Positions 1 through 8,861 of a DNA stretch of 64,000 bases are shown piece after piece. Every line of letters starts with the position of its first letter. Positions within the stretch are counted from its first letter, which is position 1. The position numbers and the translations under genes were made by a program. Origin of the DNA: an uncultured Verrucomicrobiae bacterium (GTDB lineage Bacteria; Verrucomicrobiota; Verrucomicrobiia; Limisphaerales; UBA11358); assembly GCA_963708525.1 (NCBI GenBank), contig CAVPTH010000006.1, positions 194,775-258,774 on the forward strand. Direction: 5' to 3'. Below the pieces are notes generated by a model, which saw nothing but the letters and a program-made list of their open reading frames with translations, was not told where the DNA came from and ran no database searches.

Positions 1-1728
1 GAAGGACGAGGCCGTATATTGCATTCGGGTTGTCGGTTGCAGGTAACCGCAGCCCCAGGTCACACTCTCCTGCACCGGCCGGCCCGCGAGCAAACCGCGT
101 CGCACCAGAACGAGCATCGCCACCAGCAGCAAAAAAGTGAGTGATCCGATGATCACGAACAGCAGCGGGGTTGTCGCCGTAGCCAGGTTTCCACCGATAA
201 TCTCCGGCTGCCGGGCGGTTATGTTTTCCAGAACCGGCTGCAAACCGCCCACCACCACCGGCGCGAACAGGCCGATGACGGCGCATCCCATCGCCAATAC
301 CAACATAGGCAGACGCATCGTCCAACCCGGCTCGTGCGCCCGTGAGACGTGTTCGCTGCGCGGTTCACCCAGAAAAACAATTCCAAACGCCTTGGTAAAA
401 CAGGCCACCGCCAGTCCGCCGATGAGTGCCAGACCGGCTATCAACGCCAGCAGCGGTACGGCAATCGGCCCGCTGGTCGTGATGCTGCCCTTGAACGCGC
501 CGAAGAAAATCATGAATTCGCTCACGAACCCGTTCAATGGCGGCAAACCGCAAATCGCGACCGCACCAATCAGAAATGTAACCGCCGTCCACGGCATCCG
601 TTTCAGCAGACCGCCGAGGTGGTCAATCTCATGCGTCCCGGTCTCCTGCACCACCGCACCGGCGCCCAGAAACAACAATCCCTTGAACAACGCGTGGTTC
701 AGTACGTGCAACAACCCGCCGCCAAACCCGAGCACTATCAGCATCGGTGAATCCGTGCTCAGGCCCAACAGTCCGACGCCCAGGCCCAGCGCGATGATGC
801 CGATGTTTTCGACGCTATGATACGCCAGCAACCGTTTCAGGTCGTGCTGGGCCAGCGCAAACAGCACGCCCAGCACGCCTGAACTCAGCCCGATGGCGAT
901 GAGTCCCCACCCCCACCACAGCGGCGGCGTTCCCAGAAACGTGAACGCACGTACTAATCCGTAAATGCCCGTCTTGATCATCACGCCGGACATCAACGCC
1001 GAGACGTGGCTGGGCGCGGCCGGATGCGCCTCCGGCAACCAGACGTGCAACGGCATGAAACCGGCCTTGGTTCCAAATCCGACCACCGCCAGCACAAACA
1101 GAACATTGGCCAGTCCTGGTGTGTGAATGCCCTCCTTTGCCCAGACATCGAAATTCATCGAGCCGGTTTCCCGTGCCAGTAACAGAAAAAAGGCCAGCAG
1201 AAAGGCTGTGCCCAGATGCGTGGCGACAAAATAAATCCAGCCGGCCTCACGCACGGATTGGCGTTCATGCTCGAACGTCACCAGAAAGAATGACGCCACG
1301 GCCATCAATTCCCAGGCAACCAGGAACAGTACGGCGTTTTGTGCCAGCAGGACCAGCGTCATCCCCAGCACCAACAGGCCATAGAAAAACCAGATCGGGC
1401 TGAGCGAACGCTTGCCCTGCCACGATCGCAGATAGCCCACACCGTAAATTGCCGCCAGCGCCGAAAGCAAAAGTGTGGGAATGAGGAACCAGGCCGAGAG
1501 CGGATCCAGTTTAATGAAGAATTCACCGAACGGCACCGACCAGGCCAGATGAAATTGTTCCGTTGGGCCACCCGAGATAACCCGAACCGTCGGAACGCAA
1601 CCAAGAATTGCCGCGATGACCACCGAACCCGCTGCCACCCATGAAAGATTACGCTCGGGCCGGCTCAACAACAACATTATCACCGCGCCGCCCAGCAAGC
1701 TGAACATCGCCAGCAATAACCACGTCAC
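1..1728 (-). CDS. Proton-conducting membrane transporter, HyfB/NuoL/MnhD (complex-I antiporter-like) family; 3' end runs off the window
   Basis: Absent from the ORF track because it has no stop inside the window. My minus-strand translation from GTG at 1728-1726 reads VTWLLLAMFSLLGGAVIMLLLSRPERNLSW... and stays open to position 1. It is poly-TM with family motifs (WELMAVASFFLV, HVWLPEAHPAAPSHVSALMSGVMIKTGIYG, LLAYHSVENIG). The GTG overlaps the TGA of the upstream gene (GTGA). Plus-strand ORFs 137..820, 349..750 and 1119..1644 are antisense shadows. Confidence 0.75.
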   Translation of the reverse strand, partial: MTWLLLAMFSLLGGAVIMLLLSRPERNLSWVAAGSVVIAAILGCVPTVRVISGGPTEQFHLAWSVPFGEFFIKLDPLSAWFLIPTLLLSALAAIYGVGYLRSWQGKRSLSPIWFFYGLLVLGMTLVLLAQNAVLFLVAWELMAVASFFLVTFEHERQSVREAGWIYFVATHLGTAFLLAFFLLLARETGSMNFDVWAKEGIHTPGLANVLFVLAVVGFGTKAGFMPLHVWLPEAHPAAPSHVSALMSGVMIKTGIYGLVRAFTFLGTPPLWWGWGLIAIGLSSGVLGVLFALAQHDLKRLLAYHSVENIGIIALGLGVGLLGLSTDSPMLIVLGFGGGLLHVLNHALFKGLLFLGAGAVVQETGTHEIDHLGGLLKRMPWTAVTFLIGAVAICGLPPLNGFVSEFMIFFGAFKGSITTSGPIAVPLLALIAGLALIGGLAVACFTKAFGIVFLGEPRSEHVSRAHEPGWTMRLPMLVLAMGCAVIGLFAPVVVGGLQPVLENITARQPEIIGGNLATATTPLLFVIIGSLTFLLLVAMLVLVRRGLLAGRPVQESVTWGCGYLQPTTRMQYTASSF

Positions 1729-2435
1729 GCCGCCGCCTCCTTCTGCACGCCAATAACGGGAGCTCGCAAATGGTCGCTAATCCGTCGGACGGCGGTCAGA
1801 ATTTCATCGCGGCTCGCCTGCCGGACAATGAGGGACTTGAACTCCAGGTCGCGCAAGGCAAACGCGAGTCGCGACAATAAATGCAGGTGCGCCTTGACGG
1901 TAGGGCTGATGAGCGTGAACAACGTCTGCACCGGCTGGCCGTCCAATGCCCCAAAATCCACCGGCGCTTCCAGAAAACACAAGGTCACCACCGGATGCGG
2001 CACATGCAACACGATGGGATTCCGGACATGCGGAATCGCTATACCATCGCCGATCGCCGTAGACTCAAGAGCCTCACGCGCCAGCAAGACTTGCAGGAGA
2101 AATTCGCGATCCACCTTGTCCGGAAGCCGCAACACTTCCACCACACTCCGCAGAACGGCCGGCTTGTCCTTGCCGGCCAACCGATAGAAAATTCCCCCCA
2201 CCTCCATGGCGTTGAATAATTCCGGAAGCGGCGTCGCGCCACCTTCCGGTTCTTCGAAAATTCGCGGTGAGACATTGATGCGATTGGCCGTAGCCCATTC
2301 CAACAACTCGGCCCGGTTGAACCGATATTGTCCACTCAGCCGATAACCGGGCAGCTTCCGCTCATCAACCCAACGGTATACTGTCTTTTCGGATATATTC
2401 AGCAACCCGGCTACGTCTTTGACTGTCAATTGCAT
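1725..2435 (-). CDS. Regulator with an N-terminal MerR/excisionase-type HTH fused to a PTS EIIA type-2 (PtsN-like) domain
   Basis: ORF 1725..2522; the likely start is the internal ATG at 2435 (MQLTVKDVAGLLNISEKTVYRWVDERKLPGYRL = HTH_17-like). The C-terminal part has the EIIA-2 signature with a phosphorylatable His (AIGDGIAIPHVRNP). The stop overlaps the downstream GTG start. Confidence 0.75.
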   Translation of the reverse strand: MQLTVKDVAGLLNISEKTVYRWVDERKLPGYRLSGQYRFNRAELLEWATANRINVSPRIFEEPEGGATPLPELFNAMEVGGIFYRLAGKDKPAVLRSVVEVLRLPDKVDREFLLQVLLAREALESTAIGDGIAIPHVRNPIVLHVPHPVVTLCFLEAPVDFGALDGQPVQTLFTLISPTVKAHLHLLSRLAFALRDLEFKSLIVRQASRDEILTAVRRISDHLRAPVIGVQKEAAA

Positions 2436-2773
2436 CTGCTCATGATATCCAACCTGCAAAATGCACTTTGGACATCTTTGGACAAAGATGAGAAGTGCGC
2501 CGCTAATGTCAGTGCAAGACACGACAATTGGCGATTGTTAGTCTCTTTTTGCAGCCTTCACTTTAATGCACAAGTCGCGTCGTTGGCAGCATTGAGAACA
2601 TTTTCCCGGCAGCAACTGTATCGTAATTGTCATCTGTCCGTGGAAGAATGCAGGAACCTGAATAACCACTCTGACGGGCCTCAATTGCCAAATATTTATC
2701 AAACTGAAAGAGAGTGCAGAAGACAAAAAGTCGGCAAGCATTTCTGATTTTTGAGTGCGGGATGTGCCCGCGA

Positions 2774-2877
2774 TTCCAAAGCGCCAGAGGACTGGCGCAC
2801 TCCAAGACGCTCCGCATTCGCCGGGCGTTCCGAATACCCGCCAGGTTTTGGACTGCGGTGGCCCTCCACCGCTTTTC
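2774..2877. repeat. Two REP hairpins of the 'TCCAAA-hairpin-TCCAAG / TTTGGA-hairpin' family
   Basis: ttccaaaGCGCCAGaggaCTGGCGCactccaag and ttttggactGCGGTGGcccTCCACCGCttttcc. Same architecture as the element at 61320..61382. Confidence 0.7.
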
Positions 2878-2897
2878 CACTATAACGGGATAACCAC

Positions 2898-4716
2898 TTA
2901 CTCCTTCTTCGCCGACTTCACTTCGATATGCAAGTCGCGCAACTGGCGGGGCGTGACCACGGCGGGCGAATCGGTCATCAAATCCGTCCCCTTGGCGGTC
3001 TTGGGGAAGGCAATCACGTCGCGGATACTGGGCGTCCCGCAGAGAATCGCACACAACCGGTCGAAACCCAGCGCGATCCCGCCGTGCGGTGGTGCGCCGT
3101 AGCGGAACGCCTCCAGCATGTAACCGAAACGCAACTTGGTCTCCTCCGGCGGAATTTGCAGCACCTCCTCAAACACCGTCTTCTGTACGTCGGGCTGATG
3201 GATACGAATTGAGCCGCCGCCGAGTTCCACGCCGTTCACCACCACGTCGTAATGCTGTCCGCGCACCTTCTTCGGGTCGGTCTTGAGCATGGGAATGTCC
3301 TCCGCCACCGGCGCCGTAAAGGGATGATGGCTCGAGTACCAGCGGTTCTGTTCCTTGTCGAAATGGAGCAGCGGAAAATCCACCACCCATAGGAAATCAA
3401 ACCGACTCGGATCGAATCGTCAGCTTCCCCTGCTCTTTCAAAATGTTGGCGCAGTAACGCCGGATTTCACCGAGGATTTCGCAGGCGTTCAGCCATTGAT
3501 CCGCGGCGAACAGAATCAAATCCCCTTCCTCGATTTTCAATTTTTGCGCCAGCGCGGCCTTTTCGGCGTCGCTGAAAAATTTCACGATGGGCGACTTCCA
3601 TTCGACGGTAGCACCATCTGCCCCTTTTTCGACCTTGATATAAGCCAGGCCTTTCGCGCCAAAGCTTTTGGCGTACTCGGTCATGGTCTCAATCTGACCC
3701 TGCGTCACTCCGGCCATGCCTTTGGCGTTGAGCGCCTTCACCACGCCGCCCGCGGCAATGCTTCCGCTGAACACCTTGAATTTGCTGCCGCGGAATTCCT
3801 CCGTGAAATCCACCAACTCCATCCCGTAACGCGTGTCCGGTTTGTCAATGCCCCAGTGGTTCAACGCTTCGTCGTAGGTAATCCGTTTAAACGGCGTCGG
3901 AATGTCCAGGTTGAGCGCGATCTTCCAGATGCGTTTCAGCAGGCCTTCAATCAGGTCGTAAATGTCCTCTCGCTCGATGAACGACATTTCGAGGTCGATT
4001 TGGGTAAACTCGAGCTGGCGATCGGCGCGCTGGTCCTCATCGCGGTAACATCGCGCGAGCTGGAAATAGCTTTCAATGCCGCCGACCATGAGGATTTGTT
4101 TGAACTGCTGCGGCGACTGCGGCAGGGCATAAAACTGTCCGGGATTCACGCGGCTCGGCACGAGAAATTCGCGCGCGCCTTCGGGCGTGGACTTGAACAA
4201 GGTGGGCGTTTCGATTTCCAGAAAACCCTGCTCATCCATGTATTGCCGCGTGGCAATGGCGACCTTGCTGCGCAAGCGGAGGTTCCGCGCCATCTCCGGC
4301 CGTCGCAAATCCAGGTAGCGATATTTCAGACGCAATTCCTCGTTCACCTTGCTAGCCACTTCCGGGTCGTCCACCGGGAACGGCAGCACGTCGGCCACGT
4401 TGAGCACTTCGAGCTCCTTCGCCATCACCTCGACTTCGCCGGTCGGGATTTTTGGATTGTTCGTGCCTTCAGGTCGCTGGCGGACCTTGCCGGCCACGCG
4501 GATGACACATTCGCTGCGCAACGCTGCCGCGCGTTCGAACAGTTCCTTGGGCAAGTCCGACGGGTCAAAAACAGTTTGGGTGCGGCCTTCGCGGTCGCGG
4601 ACATCAATAAAAATCAGGCCGCCAAGATCGCGGCGGGAATGGACCCAGCCGGTCAAAGTCACCGTCTGCCCGATATGCGCCGGGCGCAGTTCATTGCAAT
4701 GATGCGTGCGTTTCAT
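2898..4716 (-). CDS. aspS: Aspartate--tRNA ligase, split into two ORFs by one apparent frameshift
   Basis: ORF 3397..4716 holds the N-terminal OB fold and catalytic core (MKRTHHCNELRPAHIGQTVTLTGWVHSRRDLGGLIFIDVRD..., FYALPQSPQQFKQILM, CYRDEDQRADRQLEFTQID). ORF 2898..3386 holds the C-terminal part (WVVDFPLLHFDKEQNRWYSSHHPFTAP, GGIALGFDRL). The downstream frame is open through FDPSRFDFLWVVDFP. The frame break lies at ~3386-3420. Confidence 0.9.
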
Positions 4717-4913
4717 CTCAAATTATGTAGCCGCGCCTGCGTAAGAGCGCGGAAATATCTCGGAAAACCGCCAACCGCGTTTTGAGCAAACGCGGCTACG
4801 ATTCAAAATGAGCGCGGATCTTGACCGGAAATCGCGTACTTTTCAAAGGTTTTCTATCGGAGGCAAATTCCCCGCTCGCCACCCGCCTTGGGTTCAACTA
4901 ATCTTTCATTGTC

Positions 4914-5853
4914 ATGATGGAGTTATTGAAACCGGAAGTGATTATTACTCACGAAAGTGACCTCGACGGGCTGCTTTCCGGCGTGTTGCTGCAACGACTT
5001 GCCAAAAAGGTTTACAGCACCACCGTGCCGCTGGAAGCCTATCATTACAACCAGTGGAAACAGCGCGAGTTGCGGGAAAAAGCCGCGTGGGTCGCCGACT
5101 TCACCTTCGAACCGCGCCTCGACAAAGCGGAATGGATGCTCGTTGATCATCACGTTACGGAGTCCGCACCCAAGTACGCCCGGCTCGTTCACGACGTGAA
5201 TAAATCCGCCGGCGTTGCTGTGCTACGAATTATGCAAGGAACACGGCCTCGGCTCGCCCGCGCTGGACCGGCTCGTCCATTTGAACAACGTCGCCGATTT
5301 GTTTCTGGAGGATGACCCGGACTTCGTCATCGCGGGCGATTACGCGAGCCTGGTAAAGACTTACCAGTTTTGGAATCTGCACGCGCTCATCGGCGGCGAT
5401 ATTGAAAAGCTGGTGGACCATCCGCTGCTCGAAGTCATGGCCACGAAACGCCGCATCGAAGACCCGCTCGGCTTCGAGTGGAGCAAAGGCAACATCACCG
5501 AAATCAGCCCGACGGTTGGGTACGTGGACACCGTGGTCGGCAACAACAATCTGGTCGTGCACCAGTTGCTGGAGCGGCAGGCGACGAAATATCCGGTGCT
5601 GGTGACGTTGTTCCGGCGCGGGAACCTGGTATTTGCCAGCTTCCGCAGCCGCAACGGCGAGGCGCTCAAAGTGGCGGAAAAATTCCAGGGCGGCGGCCAC
5701 GCGAACGCTGCGGGCGCCATTCTGCCCAAATCCATCCGCTACATTCCCGATGCCGTGGAATATCTGAAACAGGCTTTGAATCCGAAACGGGACACACCGC
5801 TGAACAGTCTGGAAAGTTTGTTTGCGGGAATCGAAGCCGAACAAAAGAAGTAA
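4914..5853 (+). CDS. DHH-family phosphoesterase (NrnA-like), one apparent frameshift
   Basis: ORF 4914..5315 carries DHH-type motifs (ITHESDLDGLLSG, LVDHH). ORF 5215..5853 carries the DHHA1 motif GGGH (KFQGGGHANAAG). The frames join at ~5211-5215 (..NKSAG | LLCYELCKEHGL..). Confidence 0.75.
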
Positions 5854-6090
5854 CTGCCGATCGCGGCGAGGGTCGGAATCGAACGAGGCCTTCACCGACA
5901 ACCAGCCTCAATATCCTGATTTTCAACGGCATTTTAACGCTGGTTTTATTAAGGTTCAAGCGGTTTTTACCACTACACCCCACCTACCGGACTTTACTCG
6001 CCGCGTACACGCCGCCTACTCGGTTATTGAAGAAATCGTTGAAGGTTTCGTTGAAGGTTTTCGCCGAGTCCACGCCAATGAATGCCTGAA

Positions 6091-6847
6091 CTATTTGCCG
6101 CGGCGCCACACCCACAACGCTGCCGCGCCCAAGCCCGCCAAGGTGCTAGCCGACGGCTCCGGCACTGGACTGATAGCGATGCAATCGGGGTAATACAGCC
6201 CGGAAATCAGGGACCCTTTGACCGTCGTCCCAGCGGTCGTGTATTCACCAATGGTGCCGCCATTCCAAGTCGTGGTAAACAGCTCGTTGCCCGAAATCGC
6301 GATACCAGAGGGGCCACCCAACCCAATCAGCGACGCATTGACCGTCGCTCCGGCGGTCGTGTATTCACCAATGACGTTGCCATTATAATTCGCGACAAAC
6401 AGATCGTTGCCCGAAATCGCGATGGCACCGGGCCCTCAACCCAGTAATCAGCGACGCATTGACCGTTGACCCGTCCAGCCCGTACTCACCAATAGTGCCG
6501 CTGCCAACATTGGCGATAAATAGGTCATTGCCCGAAATCGCAATGGCACCGGGCCCACTCAACCCAGTAATCAGCGACGCATTGACCGTTGACCCGTCCA
6601 GCCCGTACTCGCCAATGTTGTCGCTGCCATAATTGGCGATAAATAGGTGGTTGCCCGAAATCGCAATGGCAATGGGGTAACTCAACCCGGAAATCAGGGA
6701 AGCATTGACGGTTGACCCGTCCAGCCCGTACTCGCCAATGTTGCCGTGATAATAACTCGCAACGTATAAATTCTGGGCGTTGAGCGTTGCCCGCAGACTA
6801 CACGTCAGCACCAGCGCAATTCCGTAGAATCTCTTCGCGGTTTTCAT
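6091..6847 (-). CDS. Secreted repeat (beta-propeller-blade-like) protein with a C-terminal PEP-CTERM sorting signal; frame break at ~6435
   Basis: ORF 6383..6847 has a signal peptide (MKTAKRFYGIALVLTCSLRA) followed by ~40-aa repeats (IGEYGLDGSTVNASLITGLSGPGAIAISGNDLFIAN). ORF 6091..6321 continues the repeats and ends VPEPSASTLAGLGAAALWVWRRGK, which is PEP + TM + basic tail. Confidence 0.7.
6190..6790. repeat. Tandem ~120-bp coding repeats (about 5 units)
   Basis: gaccgttgacccgtccagcccgtactc(a/g)ccaat... recurs with a 120-nt period (for example near 6460, 6580, 6700). It corresponds to the 40-aa protein repeat. Confidence 0.8.
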
Positions 6848-7383
6848 GCTTCGTGATCAGTGCAAATCAACGCCGGAAGTAAGAGATGAGCAATCTTTAC
6901 GAACTGCCGCGCCTCATATGGCCCATTATATACAACGAATGTGATTTTCAGTCAAGCTAATTCTGACCCGTTACGATGTCAGCATGCGGTTGACTTTCAA
7001 TACTCAAACCGTTTCGGTGGGCGTTCTTTTCGCCGCCAGTGCTGTGTGATGGTTTTGGTTGCATCATCTAACCAGCCAGGGTTGGCCAGCAGAGTGATCA
7101 GTTCGATGGAGCTAAAGAATTTCACGGCATTGGGTCTCGGCTTGCCCAGTGGTCGCAGTTTCCCCGCACCGACCGAGAGTGGCGACATCATCCGTTGAAC
7201 AGTTCAACAGTTTCGCCACCTACCCCGCCAAGAGACGTACCGGCAAATCATTTTGCCGCCCACGTCGTCAATGCCACTTGCATCAGATCGTCAGTCAGAT
7301 ATTAATTTCGACTGTTCATATAGTTAATTCGTGCTGGTTTTGCTTTTCCTTGAAGCCGTTCACGTCTACTATCGCCAGCTTAT

Positions 7384-8121
7384 ATGGCTGGACCCAATCG
7401 CGCCGACGGGCGCAAGGCAAATGAACTTCGTTCGCTCCGCTTTCAACATCACATCGCGCCGTATGCCGCCGGCTCCACGCTCATCGAGTGGGGCAATACA
7501 CGCATCATTTGCGGTGTGACGGTCGAGGAAAACGTGCCGCGCTGGATGAAGGAGCAGGACATCCAGGGCGGCTGGATCACAGCCGAGTATTCCATGCTCC
7601 CCTACTCGACCCTGGAACGCAAAGCACGCGACGTCGGCCGCGGTAAAGTTGACGGGCGGGCACAGGAAATCCAGCGGCTCATCGGCCGCGCCCTGCGCGC
7701 AGTAATTGACCTCGAAAAACTCGGCGAACGGACGGTCTGGGTGGATTGCGACGTGCTCCAGGCCGATGGCGGAACGCGCACGGCTGCCATTACCGGCGCG
7801 TATGTAGCGTTGTGCATCGCCATCCGCCGGTTGATTGCCTCTGGCAAGGTCACGGAAAATCCCATACTGCATGCCGTCGCCGCCGTCAGCGTGGGCATCG
7901 TGGATAAACGGCCCTTGATCGATCTGTGTTACACCGAAGACGTCGCGGCAGCCGTGGACATGAACCTGGTCATGAGCTCTGCCGGCGAATTCATCGAACT
8001 TCAAGGCACGGGCGAGCAGGCCACCTTCAGCGAGGAGCAACTGACCAAGCTGCTCGCGCTCGGCAAGACCGGCATCCGCGAATTGCTGGCGGCCCAGGAA
8101 AAGGCACTGGCCGCGGCCTGA
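7384..8121 (+). CDS. rph: Ribonuclease PH
   Basis: 245 aa, full-length: RADGRKANELRSLRF..., GSTLIEWGNTRIICGV, CDVLQADGGTRTAAITGAYVAL. Confidence 0.95.
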   Translation: MAGPNRADGRKANELRSLRFQHHIAPYAAGSTLIEWGNTRIICGVTVEENVPRWMKEQDIQGGWITAEYSMLPYSTLERKARDVGRGKVDGRAQEIQRLIGRALRAVIDLEKLGERTVWVDCDVLQADGGTRTAAITGAYVALCIAIRRLIASGKVTENPILHAVAAVSVGIVDKRPLIDLCYTEDVAAAVDMNLVMSSAGEFIELQGTGEQATFSEEQLTKLLALGKTGIRELLAAQEKALAAA

Positions 8122-8128
8122 TATTCAA

Positions 8129-8794
8129 GTGGGTAAAGCTTCTCCTAAAACTTCCCGGCGCAAAAGCAAACCGTCGTCGCCGACACGATTGCTGTTGATT
8201 CGCCACGCAGAAATCGAGCGGCGTTTCCAACACGCGTTTGGCGGTCGGATCGACATGAACCTTTCCCCGCGTGGCCGTGCCCAGGCCCGGAAGCTGGCCG
8301 AATTTCTGCATCGCAAACCACTTGCCGCGATTTACGCCAGCCCAATGAAACGCGTGCAGCAAACGCTGGCGCCGTTCCTGAAGAACGGCGCACCTGCCCA
8401 AACCATCCTCCCGGGCCTGCAGGAAGTGGATTTTGGCGACTGGTCGGGATACAACTGGAACCAGGTGCGCGAGAAATTCGGGGTTCATCCCTATGACTGG
8501 CTCGACGAAATCGAATTGGGAGCGGTGCCAAACGGCGAAAACGGCATCCAATTCCGCGCCCGCGTGGAAGCCTGTCTGTATAAAATCATCCGCCGTCATC
8601 CAGGCGAAACCGTCGCCATTTTCAGTCACGGCGGTGTCATCCGCATGATCCTTGCCATCCTGCTCAACCTGCCATTGCCGAAGACCAATTTGTTTGAAAT
8701 TGAATATACCAGCGTCACGCAGGTGGTCCTGCACGCGGAGTTGAACGAAGTTGAACTGCTCAACTTTACGCCCTGGCGGGATTGGGACCGTTAA
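8129..8794 (+). CDS. Histidine phosphatase (phosphoglycerate mutase) family protein
   Basis: RLLLIRHAE (RHG-type motif) and FSHGGVIRM. GTG start at 8129. Confidence 0.8.
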   Translation: MGKASPKTSRRKSKPSSPTRLLLIRHAEIERRFQHAFGGRIDMNLSPRGRAQARKLAEFLHRKPLAAIYASPMKRVQQTLAPFLKNGAPAQTILPGLQEVDFGDWSGYNWNQVREKFGVHPYDWLDEIELGAVPNGENGIQFRARVEACLYKIIRRHPGETVAIFSHGGVIRMILAILLNLPLPKTNLFEIEYTSVTQVVLHAELNEVELLNFTPWRDWDR

Positions 8795-8795
8795 T

Positions 8796-8860
8796 CGTCC
8801 TCGTCCCTCGTCCTCCTCCTCGTAATCGGACTTTTCGAGAACGAGGACGAGGAGGACAAC
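8796..8860. repeat. Imperfect GAC/GAG-rich hairpin between the phosphatase gene and prmA
   Basis: cgtcctcgtccctcgtcctcctcctcg ... cgagaacgaggacgaggaggacaac form inverted arms. Confidence 0.55.
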
Positions 8861-8861
8861 A

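Noticed and set aside
137-1644. Plus-strand ORFs 137..820, 349..750, 1119..1403 and 1339..1644 at the left edge.
   Set aside because: The minus strand is open across the whole region and encodes a clear HyfB/NuoL-family membrane protein. The ORF track misses it only because it lacks a stop inside the window.
3355-4785. Long ORFs antisense to real genes: 3355..4785 (476 aa, opposite aspS), 15115..16209 and 16246..17085 (opposite acnA), 44377..45543 (opposite glgP), 56073..57167 (opposite the delta-60 gene), 12042..12851 (opposite folE2), 7369..8040 and 8027..8944, 5230..5901.
   Set aside because: Their translations are Arg/Gly/Ala/His-rich with no motifs, and each fully overlaps a gene with strong family signatures on the other strand. 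This is the usual shadow-ORF effect in GC-rich DNA.
5860-5990. Possible minus-strand tRNA: ggtcggaatcgaac resembles a reverse-complemented T-arm (GTTCGATTCC).
   Set aside because: On the minus strand, the only stem closing the GTTCGATTCC motif (GTCGG/CCGAC) leaves an 18-nt loop. No acceptor stem, D-arm or anticodon arm could be folded.
6997-7191. Minus-strand ORF whose segment KFFSSIELITLLANPGW faintly resembles a prepilin-type N-terminal methylation motif (GFTLIELLVVIAI).
   Set aside because: The similarity is weak and degenerate, with no Gly at the cleavage position and no downstream pilin-like domain. It is probably non-coding or a decayed remnant.
7196-7212. Palindrome GTTGAACAGTTCAAC upstream of rph as a possible operator.
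   Set aside because: It is a single 7-bp-arm dyad about 175 nt from the nearest start codon, with no candidate regulator. That is insufficient evidence.
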